DNA of 42,678 bases from Oscillospiraceae bacterium (GTDB lineage Bacteria; Bacillota; Clostridia; Oscillospirales; Butyricicoccaceae). Below are positions 25,874 through 33,867 of the stretch, in pieces. Made by a program: the position numbers and the translations under genes. The notes beneath the pieces are model-generated. The model was not told the origin of the DNA. It saw only the letters and a program-made list of their open reading frames with translations, and searched no databases. The first letter of the stretch is position 1. Each line of letters begins with the position of its first letter. Location: contig CADBTM010000030.1 in the NCBI GenBank assembly GCA_902797555.1, forward strand, positions 1-42,678, read 5' to 3'.

Positions 25874-26551
25874 ATGATCTATCTGGTAGAAGACGACGCC
25901 TCCATCCGCGAGCTGGTGCTTTATGCGCTCCACAGCGCAGGCTACCGGGCGGAGGGCTTTGGCCTGCCCTCCGCATTCTGGAAGGCGGTGGAGAGCGAAA
26001 CGCCCGAAATGGTGCTGCTGGACATCATGCTGCCCGAGGAGGACGGACTATCCATCCTGAAAAAGCTGCGGGACGCCCCCAAAACGGCGTCCCTGCCCAT
26101 CCTGATGCTCACCGCCAAGGGCACGGAATACGACAAGGTGGTCGGCCTCGAGCTGGGCGCCGACGACTATCTGCCAAAGCCCTTTGGCATGATGGAGCTG
26201 CTGGCGCGGGTCAAGGCGCTTTCCCGCCGCGCCCGCCAGACCCCTGTCCACGAGGAATACCGGGTGGGCGACCTGTGGGTGAGCCCCGAAAAGCACGCCG
26301 TGCAGGCGGCCGGACAGGAGATCAGCCTCACCCTCAAGGAGTTTCAGCTGCTGTGCACCCTTCTGCGGGGGCGGGGCAGCGTCCTCACCCGGGACGTGCT
26401 GCTGGAACAGGTGTGGGGCTATGCCTTTGACGGCGAGAGCCGGACGGTGGACGTCCACATCCGCACCCTGCGGCAAAAGCTGGGCGAGGCCGGCGCGTGC
26501 ATCGAAACCGTCCGGGGCGTGGGCTACCGGATCGGAGGAACCGACGCATGA
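25874..26551 (+). CDS. OmpR/PhoB-family response regulator
   Basis: Start MIYLVEDD follows GGGGAGGAA. Receiver domain (LLDIMLPEEDG, LTAKG) plus winged-helix output (TVDVHIRTLRQKL, VRGVGYR). Confidence 0.9.
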   Translation: MIYLVEDDASIRELVLYALHSAGYRAEGFGLPSAFWKAVESETPEMVLLDIMLPEEDGLSILKKLRDAPKTASLPILMLTAKGTEYDKVVGLELGADDYLPKPFGMMELLARVKALSRRARQTPVHEEYRVGDLWVSPEKHAVQAAGQEISLTLKEFQLLCTLLRGRGSVLTRDVLLEQVWGYAFDGESRTVDVHIRTLRQKLGEAGACIETVRGVGYRIGGTDA

Positions 26552-27897
26552 GAAACGCCATCTTCAAAAATATCTTTTTCACCGCCATGGCGGTGTTTGT
26601 GGTCACGGTGATCTGCATCGTCGGCGCGCTGTACGGCTATTTTTCCGGCGAGCAGCAGGATGCGCTGGAAGATGAAACCGCCTATCTCGCCGCCGCGGTC
26701 GAGCGCAGCGGGACCGACTTTCTCCGGGACGTGACCTCGGCCGAGGGCTCCCGGGTGTCCCTCATCGCCCCCGACGGGGCGGTGCTTTTCGACTCGGTGG
26801 CCGACGCCGCCTCGCTGGAAAATCACGCCCAGCGGGAGGAGATCGCGCAGGCCCTTTCCTCCGGGGCGGGACACAGCAGCCGCTATTCCTCCACCACCGG
26901 CCGCCGCACCCTCAATTATGCCCTGCGTCTGGCCGACGGCAATGTGCTGCGCCTGTCGTCCACGCTGTACACCCGGACGATGCTGGCCGTCAACCTGTTC
27001 ACCCCCTTTGTGCTGGTGCTTTCGCTGACGGTGGTGCTTTCCCTGGCGCTGGCCGCCCGCATGTCCCGCAAGATCACCCAGCCTCTGGGCGCCATCGACC
27101 TGAAAAACCCCGACGACCGGGAGGTATATGAAGAGCTGCGCCCGCTGGTGGAACGCATCCGGGAGCAAAACCGGGAGATCCAGCACAATGTGGAGGAGCT
27201 CAAGGCCGAGCACGACCGTCAGGACGCCCTGCGGCGGGAGTTTACCGCCAACGTCTCCCACGAGCTCAAAACCCCGCTGACCTCGATCTCCGGCTATGCC
27301 GAGCTCATCCGCTCGGGCATGGTGCAGGAGGAGGATATCCCCCGCTTTGCCGATACGGTCTATCGGGAGGCCCAGCGGCTCATCGTGCTGGTCAACGATA
27401 TCATCCGCCTGTCCCGTCTGGACGACAAGGACGTGGAGGAGGAGCGTCAGCCGGTGGCGCTGCGTCCGCTGTGCGCCGAGGTGCTGGCGTCGCTGGCGCC
27501 CGCCGCCGAAAAAAAGGCGGTCACCATGGCGCTGGAGGGGGACGAATGCACGGTGGTGGGCATCCGTCAGATTTTGGGCGAGATTGTCTACAACCTGTGC
27601 GACAACGCCATCAAATACAACCGGCAGGGGGGCAGCGTCACCGTCACCCTGCGTGGGGAGGAGGACGCCTCGGTCCTCACCGTGCGGGATACCGGCATCG
27701 GCATCCCGGAGGAGGAGCTGGGACGGGTGTTCGAGCGCTTCTATCGGGTGGACAAGAGCCACTCCAAGGAGGTGGGCGGCACCGGACTGGGGCTGTCCAT
27801 CGTCCGCCACGGCGCCGCCTATCACAATGCGGCGGTGGACGTGCAAAGCGTCCCCGGCGAGGGCTCGACCTTTACCGTGCGCTTTCCCAAAGAGTGA
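26548..27897 (+). CDS. Sensor histidine kinase (PhoR/ResE-like, two TM segments with an extracytoplasmic loop)
   Basis: The ATG overlaps the RR stop (ATGA). H-box FTANVSHELKTPLTSISGYAEL, N-box YNLCDNAIKYN, G-boxes DTGIGIP and GGTGLGLSIV. Confidence 0.9.
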   Translation: MRNAIFKNIFFTAMAVFVVTVICIVGALYGYFSGEQQDALEDETAYLAAAVERSGTDFLRDVTSAEGSRVSLIAPDGAVLFDSVADAASLENHAQREEIAQALSSGAGHSSRYSSTTGRRTLNYALRLADGNVLRLSSTLYTRTMLAVNLFTPFVLVLSLTVVLSLALAARMSRKITQPLGAIDLKNPDDREVYEELRPLVERIREQNREIQHNVEELKAEHDRQDALRREFTANVSHELKTPLTSISGYAELIRSGMVQEEDIPRFADTVYREAQRLIVLVNDIIRLSRLDDKDVEEERQPVALRPLCAEVLASLAPAAEKKAVTMALEGDECTVVGIRQILGEIVYNLCDNAIKYNRQGGSVTVTLRGEEDASVLTVRDTGIGIPEEELGRVFERFYRVDKSHSKEVGGTGLGLSIVRHGAAYHNAAVDVQSVPGEGSTFTVRFPKE

Positions 27898-27906
27898 GAC
27901 AAATAA

Positions 27907-27937
27907 GAAAAACGCCTGCGGATGCAGGCGTTTTTTG
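27907..27937. terminator. Bidirectional rho-independent terminator
   Basis: CGCCTGC (27913-27919) / GCAGGCG (27924-27930), preceded by an A-run and followed by TTTTTT. Confidence 0.8.
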
Positions 27938-27946
27938 CGTGGAGGT

Positions 27947-28585
27947 TCATTCGATTTTGTAGGATAGCACCATCAGGCTTTCGGAGAAATGCACGTTTTC
28001 CACCGGGATCTGAGGCATGTCCAGATGGAGGTCGATGCTGGTAAAGTTCCAGATGCCCTTGATGCCGCAGGCGATCAGCCGCTGCGCCGCCGGCTTGGCG
28101 TGGAGCTTTGGCAGGGTGAGGATGGCGATCTCCGGATGATATTCCTCCATCACGCTTTCCAGATTGCGGCAGGAAAAGATGGGGACACCCGAGATCTCCG
28201 TGCCGATGAGCAGGGGGTTGGAATCAAAGGCAGCCACCAGACGCACGCCGTATTTGGCAAAGTTGAAGTTGGTCATCAACGCCTTGCCCAGGTTGCCCGC
28301 GCCGATGATGATGGCCGCCCGCTCCCGGTCGATGTGCATGATGGACGCAATGGCTGTGCGCAACTCCGCTACGTTGTATCCGTAACCCTGCTGCCCAAAT
28401 CCGCCAAAGCAGTTGAAATCCTGCCGCACCTGCGAAGCCGTCAGACCCATCCGGTCGGCCAGAGTGCCCGACGAGATCCGGGTGATCCCCGCATCCTGCA
28501 GATCACACAGATGGCGGTAATACCGGGGCATCCGGTGGATGACCGCCGACGAGATCCGTTTTTCTGTCCGTTCTTCCCGTTCCAT
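27947..28585 (-). CDS. rex: Redox-sensing transcriptional repressor Rex
   Basis: IHRMPRYYRHL, ISSGTLADRMGLTASQVRQDFNCFGGFGQQGYGYNV, Rossmann motif IIIGAGNLGKAL. Confidence 0.9.
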   Translation of the reverse strand: MEREERTEKRISSAVIHRMPRYYRHLCDLQDAGITRISSGTLADRMGLTASQVRQDFNCFGGFGQQGYGYNVAELRTAIASIMHIDRERAAIIIGAGNLGKALMTNFNFAKYGVRLVAAFDSNPLLIGTEISGVPIFSCRNLESVMEEYHPEIAILTLPKLHAKPAAQRLIACGIKGIWNFTSIDLHLDMPQIPVENVHFSESLMVLSYKIE

Positions 28586-28655
28586 ATGGGTTCTCCTTCC
28601 CTTCGGATTGTTAAAAACAAGCGGAACTTTGTCAGAAATTCACTTATTTTATTCT

Positions 28656-28684
28656 ATATTACCCGAATCATGCAAAAAAATCAA
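28656..28684 (-). promoter_or_regulatory. Candidate rex promoter
   Basis: On the minus strand: TTGATT (28684-28679), 17-nt spacer, TAATAT (28661-28656). It sits in a locally AT-rich stretch. Confidence 0.4.
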
Positions 28685-28746
28685 GCCTGCCGGCTCGATT
28701 TTTTGCACCATTGAGAACAGCAGTCGCACCGCCTGTCTACAATGCG

Positions 28747-28776
28747 TTATCCACAGTTTCCACAGGGTTTTCCACA
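28747..28776 (+). promoter_or_regulatory. Three tandem DnaA boxes
   Basis: TTATCCACA (28747-28755, perfect), gTtTCCACA (28756-28764, 7/9) and TTtTCCACA (28768-28776, 8/9), all in the same orientation. Confidence 0.6.
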
Positions 28777-28855
28777 GTTTTTGGGCACAGCGATGGGGAA
28801 ATACTTGACTTTTTCGGACATGGCCTCCGAAAAAAGCCGTTTTCCTGACGCCCTT

Positions 28856-28864
28856 TGTGGAAAA
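28856..28864 (-). promoter_or_regulatory. Fourth DnaA box, inverted orientation
   Basis: TGTGGAAAA, which is the reverse complement of TTtTCCACA (8/9). Confidence 0.5.
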
Positions 28865-28891
28865 GTGACCGGGCAAAAACCGGTTTTGTAT

Positions 28892-29929
28892 TTACAGTGC
28901 GTAATCAAACTGCGAGACGTGCTGGGAGGCCGGCATGGTGGCAAAGCAGTTCTGATCCGCCCCGGCGGTATGGCCGGCCATCAGCTCGAAATAGGCCTGA
29001 CAGGCGATCATGCTGCCGTTGTCTCCGCACAGGCTGAGGGGCGGCAGATAGAGCTCCAGCCCCGCCTTTTCGCACTCCCGCTCCAGCATGCCCCGCAGGG
29101 TGCTGTTGGCGGCGACGCCGCCTGCGGCGCACACCCGTCTGCGTCCCCGTTCCTTTGCCGCCCGGATCACCCGGGGTACCACCGTCTCTGCCACCGTCAC
29201 CGAAACGGCGGCGGCCAGATCCTCCCGGGAGATCTCCGCGCCCTTTTGCTGGGCGTTGTGGATCAGGTTGACGGCGGCGGTCTTCAGACCGCTGAAGGAA
29301 AAGTCCAGCGAGTCGTGAATGCCTGCGTGGGGCAGGGGATAGCGCTTGGGGTCGCCTGTTTTGGACAGCCGATCCAGCGAGGCGCCGCCGGGATAGGGCA
29401 GGCCCAGCATGCGGGCGATCTTGTCAAAGGCTTCGCCGGCAGCGTCGTCCCGGGTGGTGGCCAGCACCTCCATCTCGGTATAGTCGGAAATATCCAGAAT
29501 GACGGTGTGTCCGCCGGAGGCCACCAACGCCGTCATGGGGGGCTTCAATTCGGGAAAGGCCACGTAATTGGCCGCCACATGCCCCCGGATGTGATGAACG
29601 GGGACAAAGGGCACGTCCAGCGCCAGCGCCGCCCCCTTGGCAAAGTTCGCCCCCACCAGCAGCGCGCCGATCAGTCCCGGGGCGCAGGTGGCCGCCACCG
29701 CGTCCAGCTGGGCGGGAACGATCCCCGCCTGCCGACAGGCCTGCTCGGCCACAAGACTCACTTTTTCGATATGCTTGCGGGAGGCGATCTCGGGCACCAC
29801 GCCGCCGTAGAGGGCGTGCATCTCCGCCTGAGAATACACCACGTCCGCCAGAATCTCTCTCCCGTCCCGGGAGACGGCGCACGCCGTCTCGTCACAGGAA
29901 CTCTCCACCGCCAAAATCAGTTTGCTCAT
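28892..29929 (-). CDS. tsaD: tRNA N6-adenosine threonylcarbamoyltransferase TsaD (Gcp/Kae1 family)
   Basis: LAVESSCDETACAV, GGVVPEIASRKH, VHHIRGH, GGVAAN. Confidence 0.9.
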   Translation of the reverse strand: MSKLILAVESSCDETACAVSRDGREILADVVYSQAEMHALYGGVVPEIASRKHIEKVSLVAEQACRQAGIVPAQLDAVAATCAPGLIGALLVGANFAKGAALALDVPFVPVHHIRGHVAANYVAFPELKPPMTALVASGGHTVILDISDYTEMEVLATTRDDAAGEAFDKIARMLGLPYPGGASLDRLSKTGDPKRYPLPHAGIHDSLDFSFSGLKTAAVNLIHNAQQKGAEISREDLAAAVSVTVAETVVPRVIRAAKERGRRRVCAAGGVAANSTLRGMLERECEKAGLELYLPPLSLCGDNGSMIACQAYFELMAGHTAGADQNCFATMPASQHVSQFDYAL

Positions 29930-30384
29930 TGCTCGATTTCCCGCGCCATCAGCAGCGCGTCCTCCTCCGGGTTTTCATAATACCGTTTTCTCCGTCCCAC
30001 CTGGACAAAGCCCAGCCCTTCATAGCATCTCCGGGCGGGGAGATTGCTCTCCCGCACCTCCAGCCACAGCTGGGCGGCGCCGCCTGCCTTGGCGTCGCGC
30101 AAAAGCCACTCCAGCAGACGGGTGGCCACATGCCTTCTGCGAAAGGCGGGATCGGTGGCCACGTTGACGATTTCCCACACGTCAAACATCTGCCTCGTCC
30201 CCACATAGCCCGCCACCTGTCCGCCGATCTCACAGATATAATAGACGGCGCAGGGGTTGTCCAGCTCGGAGGCCAGGCTTTCCCGGCTCCACGGGTCGGA
30301 AAAGCACAGCGCCTCGATCTCCGCCATCCGGTCGATGTGCCGCGCTTCCAGGCGGCACAGGGTCATTTCATCGTTTTGCGTCAT
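29926..30384 (-). CDS. rimI: Ribosomal-protein-alanine N-acetyltransferase RimI (GNAT)
   Basis: IEALCFSDPWS, VATDPAFRRRHVATRLLEWL, RRCYEGLGF. 4-nt overlap with tsaD and 17-nt overlap with the polA 3' end. The ATG at 30384 has a GGAGAG RBS. Confidence 0.8.
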   Translation of the reverse strand: MTQNDEMTLCRLEARHIDRMAEIEALCFSDPWSRESLASELDNPCAVYYICEIGGQVAGYVGTRQMFDVWEIVNVATDPAFRRRHVATRLLEWLLRDAKAGGAAQLWLEVRESNLPARRCYEGLGFVQVGRRKRYYENPEEDALLMAREIEQ

Positions 30385-33040
30385 ACCATGTCTCTCCCCA
30401 GCCCACGTCGGCCAGCAGCTTGGTTTTCAGGGAGGCGGCGCCCTCCATTTCCTCCTTGAGGATGGCGCAGGCCTGCTCCAGCTCGTCCCGGGGCGCCTCG
30501 AGGATCAGCTCGTCGTGCACCTGCAGAATCAGCCTTGCCCGCAGGTTTTCCCGGCGCAGGCGGCTGTCCACCCGCACCATGGCCAGCTTGATGATGTCGG
30601 CCGCCGTGCCCTGAATGGGGGCGTTCATGGCCGCCCGCTGACCGAAGGAACGGATCTGGAAATTGGCGCTTTTCAGCTCGGGCAGCCACCGCCGCCGTCC
30701 GTAGAGGGTGGTGACGTAGCCGTCGGCGGCCGCCTGCTCCTTCACCCGCTCCATAAAGTCCTTTACCCCGTGATAGCGGGTGAGATAGGCGTCGATATAG
30801 TCCTGCGCCTGTTTGGTGGTCACATGGATATCGTCGGCCAGCGACCACGCCGAAATGCCGTAAACGATGCCGAAGTTGACCGCCTTTGCCGCCGAGCGCA
30901 TCTGATGGGTGACGCGTTCCAGCGGCACGTCAAACACCTGCGAGGCGGTCACCGCGTGAAAGTCCTCCCCGGAGGCAAAGGCCTCCTGCATGGCCTTGTC
31001 GTCGGCCATGTGGGAGAGGATGCGCAGCTCGATCTGGCTGTAGTCGGCGTCCACAAAAACCCATCCCTCCCGGGGCACAAAGCACCGGCGCACCTCGCTT
31101 CCGTCCTCCCGGCGGATGGGGATGTTCTGCAGATTGGGGTCGGCCGAGCTGAGGCGTCCGGTGGCGGTCACCGTCTGGTGAAAGGTGGAGTGGATGCGTC
31201 CGTCCTGCCCGATCACCTTGGTCAGTCCCTCCACATAGGTGCTTTTCAGCTTGCTCACCTTGCGCCAATCCAGAATGGCGGGGATGATGGGGTGGGCGTC
31301 CCGCAGCTTTTCCAGCGTGTCGGCGTCGGTGGAATAGCCCGTGCGGGTCTTTTTGCCCGCCCGGAGTCCCAATTCTTCAAAAAGCACCGTGCCCAGCTGC
31401 TTGGGCGAGCCGATGTTGAAATCGTGCCCCGCCAGCTCGTGCACCGTCTGCTCATATTGCTTCATCAGACCGTCCAGCGTGGCGCCGAAATCCAGCAGCC
31501 GCTGCCGATCCACCGCCATGCCGACCGCCTGCATCCGGGCGAGAACGGGCAGCAGGGGCAGCTCGATGTTTTGATAGAGCTCCCACATGCCGTTGTCCCG
31601 CAGGGCGCAGGTGAGCGCCTCCTCCAGACAGGCCACCGTGGCCGCCCGCGCCGCCAGCCAGGCGTGGCGCAGAGCGCGATCGACGGCGCCGCCGTCCTCG
31701 GCCAGCAGGGAGAGCTGGCTCTCCTTGGGCTCGTCTCCGGCGGGAGAGGGGCGGAAATGGCAGTACCGGACGCACATTTCGTCGATATCATAGCTCCCCC
31801 CGGCGGGATCCATCAGATAGCAGGCGATGCTCGTGTCAAACACCCAGCCCTCAGCAGGGATGCTTTTGTCCAAAAGATGGCACAAAAGAGGCTTTACCCC
31901 GTGCCCGGCCTTGGGCAGAGCGGGGTCGAACATCGTCCGCAGCCCCTCGTCCCAGTCGCCGGAAAACTGTTCCCGATCCAGCAGGAAGGCGCTCTCGCCG
32001 CAGTCCAGCACCATGCGGGAAAAGTCGTCCTCAAAAAAGACGTACACCGTTTTTCCCGCAGTCCTGAGGGCCTCCGCCGCTTTTTGTGCGGCGGGCAGAT
32101 CGACCAGAGGGGTGAGGGTAAAGGTGCCGACAAAGTCGGGCTGCTCCTCCACCTCCTGAGCGGCAGGGTGCAGATCCCAGCGTTCGATCCATTTTTTAAA
32201 GCCCAGCCGCTGCATCAGGGCGTACAGCCCGGGCTTGTAGTTTTTGTTCCACCGGGCGTCGGCGGGAGAAAACTCCACCGGGGCGTCCCGGACGATGGTG
32301 GCCAGCCAGAAGGACTGCTTTGCGCTGTCCGCGCCCTCCTCCAGCTTTTTGCGCAGGGCAGGCTTGAGCTCCAGCGACGGAAGCTCCCGGTAGATGTTTT
32401 CCACGCTGCCGTATTTGTGCAGCAGATCCATGGCGGTCTTTTCCCCGATGCCCGGCACGCCGGGGATATTGTCGGAGGAATCGCCCATCAGCGCCTTGAG
32501 ATCCACCATCTTTTCGGGGGCAAAGCCATATTCCTCAAAAAAGCGTTGAGGCGTGTAGCGCACGGTCTCGGTCTGTCCCATGCGGGATTTGACGTGGAGC
32601 ACGCAGGTGTGGTCGGTGATCAGCTGAAAGCTGTCCTTGTCGCCGGTGACGATGACGCACTCGTCGCCCTCGCCCTCGCCGATGCGGCACAGGGTGCCCA
32701 GCAGATCGTCGGCCTCGTACCCCGCCAGCTCGAGGCGGAGAATGCCCATTTCGTCCAGCACTTCCTTGAGCAGCGGCAGCTGCACCGCCAGATCGTCGGG
32801 CATGGGCTTGCGCTGCGCCTTATATCCGTCATAGGCCTTGTGGCGGAAGGTGGGCTCCTTCCGGTCAAAGGTGACGCACAGGGCGTCCGGCCTCTCGTCG
32901 TCCAGCAGCTTTTGCAGAATGGCCAGAAAGCCGTACACCGCGTTGGTGGGCGTGCCGTCGGGAGCGTTCAGCGGGCGCACGCCGTAAAAGGCGCGGTTGA
33001 CCAGACTGTTCCCGTCCAAAACCATCAGTTTCACAGGCAT
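30368..33040 (-). CDS. polA: DNA polymerase I (5'-3' exonuclease, 3'-5' exo-like and Klenow polymerase domains)
   Basis: LDGNSLVNRAFYG, DNIPGVPGIGEKTA, DYSQIELRIL, RRAAKAVNFGIVYG, QVHDELILE. The ATG at 33040 abuts AAGGAGG with no spacer, so the GTG at 33034 (6-nt spacer) may be the real start. Confidence 0.9.
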   Translation of the reverse strand: MPVKLMVLDGNSLVNRAFYGVRPLNAPDGTPTNAVYGFLAILQKLLDDERPDALCVTFDRKEPTFRHKAYDGYKAQRKPMPDDLAVQLPLLKEVLDEMGILRLELAGYEADDLLGTLCRIGEGEGDECVIVTGDKDSFQLITDHTCVLHVKSRMGQTETVRYTPQRFFEEYGFAPEKMVDLKALMGDSSDNIPGVPGIGEKTAMDLLHKYGSVENIYRELPSLELKPALRKKLEEGADSAKQSFWLATIVRDAPVEFSPADARWNKNYKPGLYALMQRLGFKKWIERWDLHPAAQEVEEQPDFVGTFTLTPLVDLPAAQKAAEALRTAGKTVYVFFEDDFSRMVLDCGESAFLLDREQFSGDWDEGLRTMFDPALPKAGHGVKPLLCHLLDKSIPAEGWVFDTSIACYLMDPAGGSYDIDEMCVRYCHFRPSPAGDEPKESQLSLLAEDGGAVDRALRHAWLAARAATVACLEEALTCALRDNGMWELYQNIELPLLPVLARMQAVGMAVDRQRLLDFGATLDGLMKQYEQTVHELAGHDFNIGSPKQLGTVLFEELGLRAGKKTRTGYSTDADTLEKLRDAHPIIPAILDWRKVSKLKSTYVEGLTKVIGQDGRIHSTFHQTVTATGRLSSADPNLQNIPIRREDGSEVRRCFVPREGWVFVDADYSQIELRILSHMADDKAMQEAFASGEDFHAVTASQVFDVPLERVTHQMRSAAKAVNFGIVYGISAWSLADDIHVTTKQAQDYIDAYLTRYHGVKDFMERVKEQAAADGYVTTLYGRRRWLPELKSANFQIRSFGQRAAMNAPIQGTAADIIKLAMVRVDSRLRRENLRARLILQVHDELILEAPRDELEQACAILKEEMEGAASLKTKLLADVGWGETWYDAKR

Positions 33041-33142
33041 CCTCCTTTGGGACGAACCTCAGATTCTTTCTTATTATACCGTTTTCTTGCCCGCATGGGA
33101 AGCCTTTCCGCAAAAAAATCTCGTTTTGGCAAAAATTATCCC

Positions 33143-33170
33143 TTGACAAACGAAAAACATTCGATATAAT
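33143..33170 (+). promoter_or_regulatory. Promoter of the solitary tRNA-Gln gene
   Basis: TTGACA (33143-33148), 16-nt spacer, TATAAT (33165-33170). The tRNA starts 14 nt later. Confidence 0.6.
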
Positions 33171-33183
33171 AATATATGCATTT

Positions 33184-33257
33184 AGCGAGATTGTGTAAGG
33201 GTAGCACGACAGACTCTGACTCTGTTTGTGAGGGTTCGAATCCTTCTCTCGCTGCCA
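33184..33257 (+). tRNA. tRNA-Gln (anticodon CUG), CCA encoded
   Basis: Manual cloverleaf: acceptor AGCGAGA/TCTCGCT; D arm GTGT-AAGGGTA-GCAC; anticodon arm ACAGA-CTCTGAC-TCTGT; variable loop TTGT; T arm GAGGG-TTCGAAT-CCTTC; discriminator G; CCA. U8, U33, G53-T54-T55-C56 and A58 are all present. Confidence 0.8.
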
Positions 33258-33264
33258 AGCAGGA

Positions 33265-33296
33265 ACCGTCGCCCCAAATGGGGCGGCGGTTTTTTC
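33265..33296 (+). terminator. Rho-independent terminator after tRNA-Gln
   Basis: ACCGTCGCCCC (33265-33275) / GGGGCGGCGGT (33280-33290), loop AAAT, then TTTTT. Confidence 0.8.
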
Positions 33297-33385
33297 GTTT
33301 TCGGGCGGCGTTTACGGCAAAACTGCAGCGAATATTTCCTCCTTTTTCGGAAATCCTTCTTTCAAACGGAAAGGAAGGGGTCTCC

Positions 33386-33820
33386 ATGATCGAAAAGGAC
33401 ACTGTCCGGCTGCTGCGGGAATGCGACGCCGGCGTAAAAATGGGCGTGGACTCGATCGAAAGCGTTTTGGGTCGGGTACACGCCAAAAGTCTGCACACCC
33501 TGCTCAACGAGAGCAAAAACCGGCATACCGTCCTCCACCGGGAGATCCAGTCCCGGCTGGACTGGTTTCAGGACGAGGGCCGGGATCCCAACCCCATGGC
33601 CTCCCGCATGGCGCGGGCAAAAACCGGCGTGAGGATGGCGCTGGGCGGCACCGACCGCACGGTGGCCGATCTGATGACCGACGGCTGCAACATGGGGGTG
33701 AAATCCCTCAGCCGCTATCTCAATCAATACGAGGCGGCGGAGGAGTATTCCAAGGACATCGCCAAAAAGCTGATCCATATGGAAGCCCAGCTTGCGGAAG
33801 ATCTTCGGCCGTATTTATAA
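33386..33820 (+). CDS. Hypothetical small all-helical protein (144 aa)
   Basis: ATG after GGAAGGGG. The heptad-like Leu/Glu/Arg pattern suggests a helical bundle. I recognised no motif. The part of the track ORF upstream of 33386 runs through the tRNA and is not coding. Confidence 0.55.
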   Translation: MIEKDTVRLLRECDAGVKMGVDSIESVLGRVHAKSLHTLLNESKNRHTVLHREIQSRLDWFQDEGRDPNPMASRMARAKTGVRMALGGTDRTVADLMTDGCNMGVKSLSRYLNQYEAAEEYSKDIAKKLIHMEAQLAEDLRPYL

Positions 33821-33821
33821 G

Positions 33822-33854
33822 AAAAAAGACCCGCGCTCCGGCGCGGGTCTTTTC
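33822..33854. terminator. Bidirectional rho-independent terminator
   Basis: AGACCCGCGC (33827-33836) / GCGCGGGTCT (33841-33850), loop TCCG, with A-run and T-run flanks. Confidence 0.8.
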
Positions 33855-33867
33855 AGGATCGTCAGGT

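Noticed and set aside
22100-27897. Possible vancomycin-resistance-like cluster (ligase genes followed by an OmpR-type RR and an HK, with a hydrolase upstream).
   Set aside because: There is no VanH-type dehydrogenase, VanX/VanY peptidase or serine racemase. The ddl-murF adjacency is a housekeeping arrangement (for example in B. subtilis). The RR/HK pair comes after the ligases and looks PhoP/PhoR-like. I cannot determine Ddl specificity (D-Ala vs D-Lac/D-Ser) from the omega-loop region by eye.
28608-28645. Rex operators: TTGTTAAAAACAA (28608-28620) and TTGTCAGAAATTCAC (28630-28644) in the rex leader, plus TTGTGAA-containing repeats upstream of hydC.
   Set aside because: None matches the 18-bp TTGTGAA-N4-TTCACAA / TTGTTAA-N4-TTAACAA geometry; the spacing is wrong by 1-9 nt or the second half-site is degenerate. 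The hydCBA core promoter (21788-21816) contains no Rex-like half-site. I keep these only as weak candidates.
28586-28891. Chromosomal replication origin (oriC), because of the DnaA boxes next to an AT-rich stretch.
   Set aside because: There are only four boxes, no dnaA/dnaN/rpmH neighbours, and the AT-rich part is explained by the rex promoter. A secondary DnaA-box cluster is the more conservative reading. The 75-aa ORF 28649..28876(-) covering the boxes has no RBS or motif and is treated as non-coding.
33184-33257. The idea that the odd tRNA-Gln could be a suppressor decoding the in-frame TAA in the ABC-F gene.
   Set aside because: Its anticodon is CUG in a standard 7-nt loop with U33, so it reads CAG, not UAA. 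In addition, 9 of the 32 genes here use TAA as an ordinary stop.
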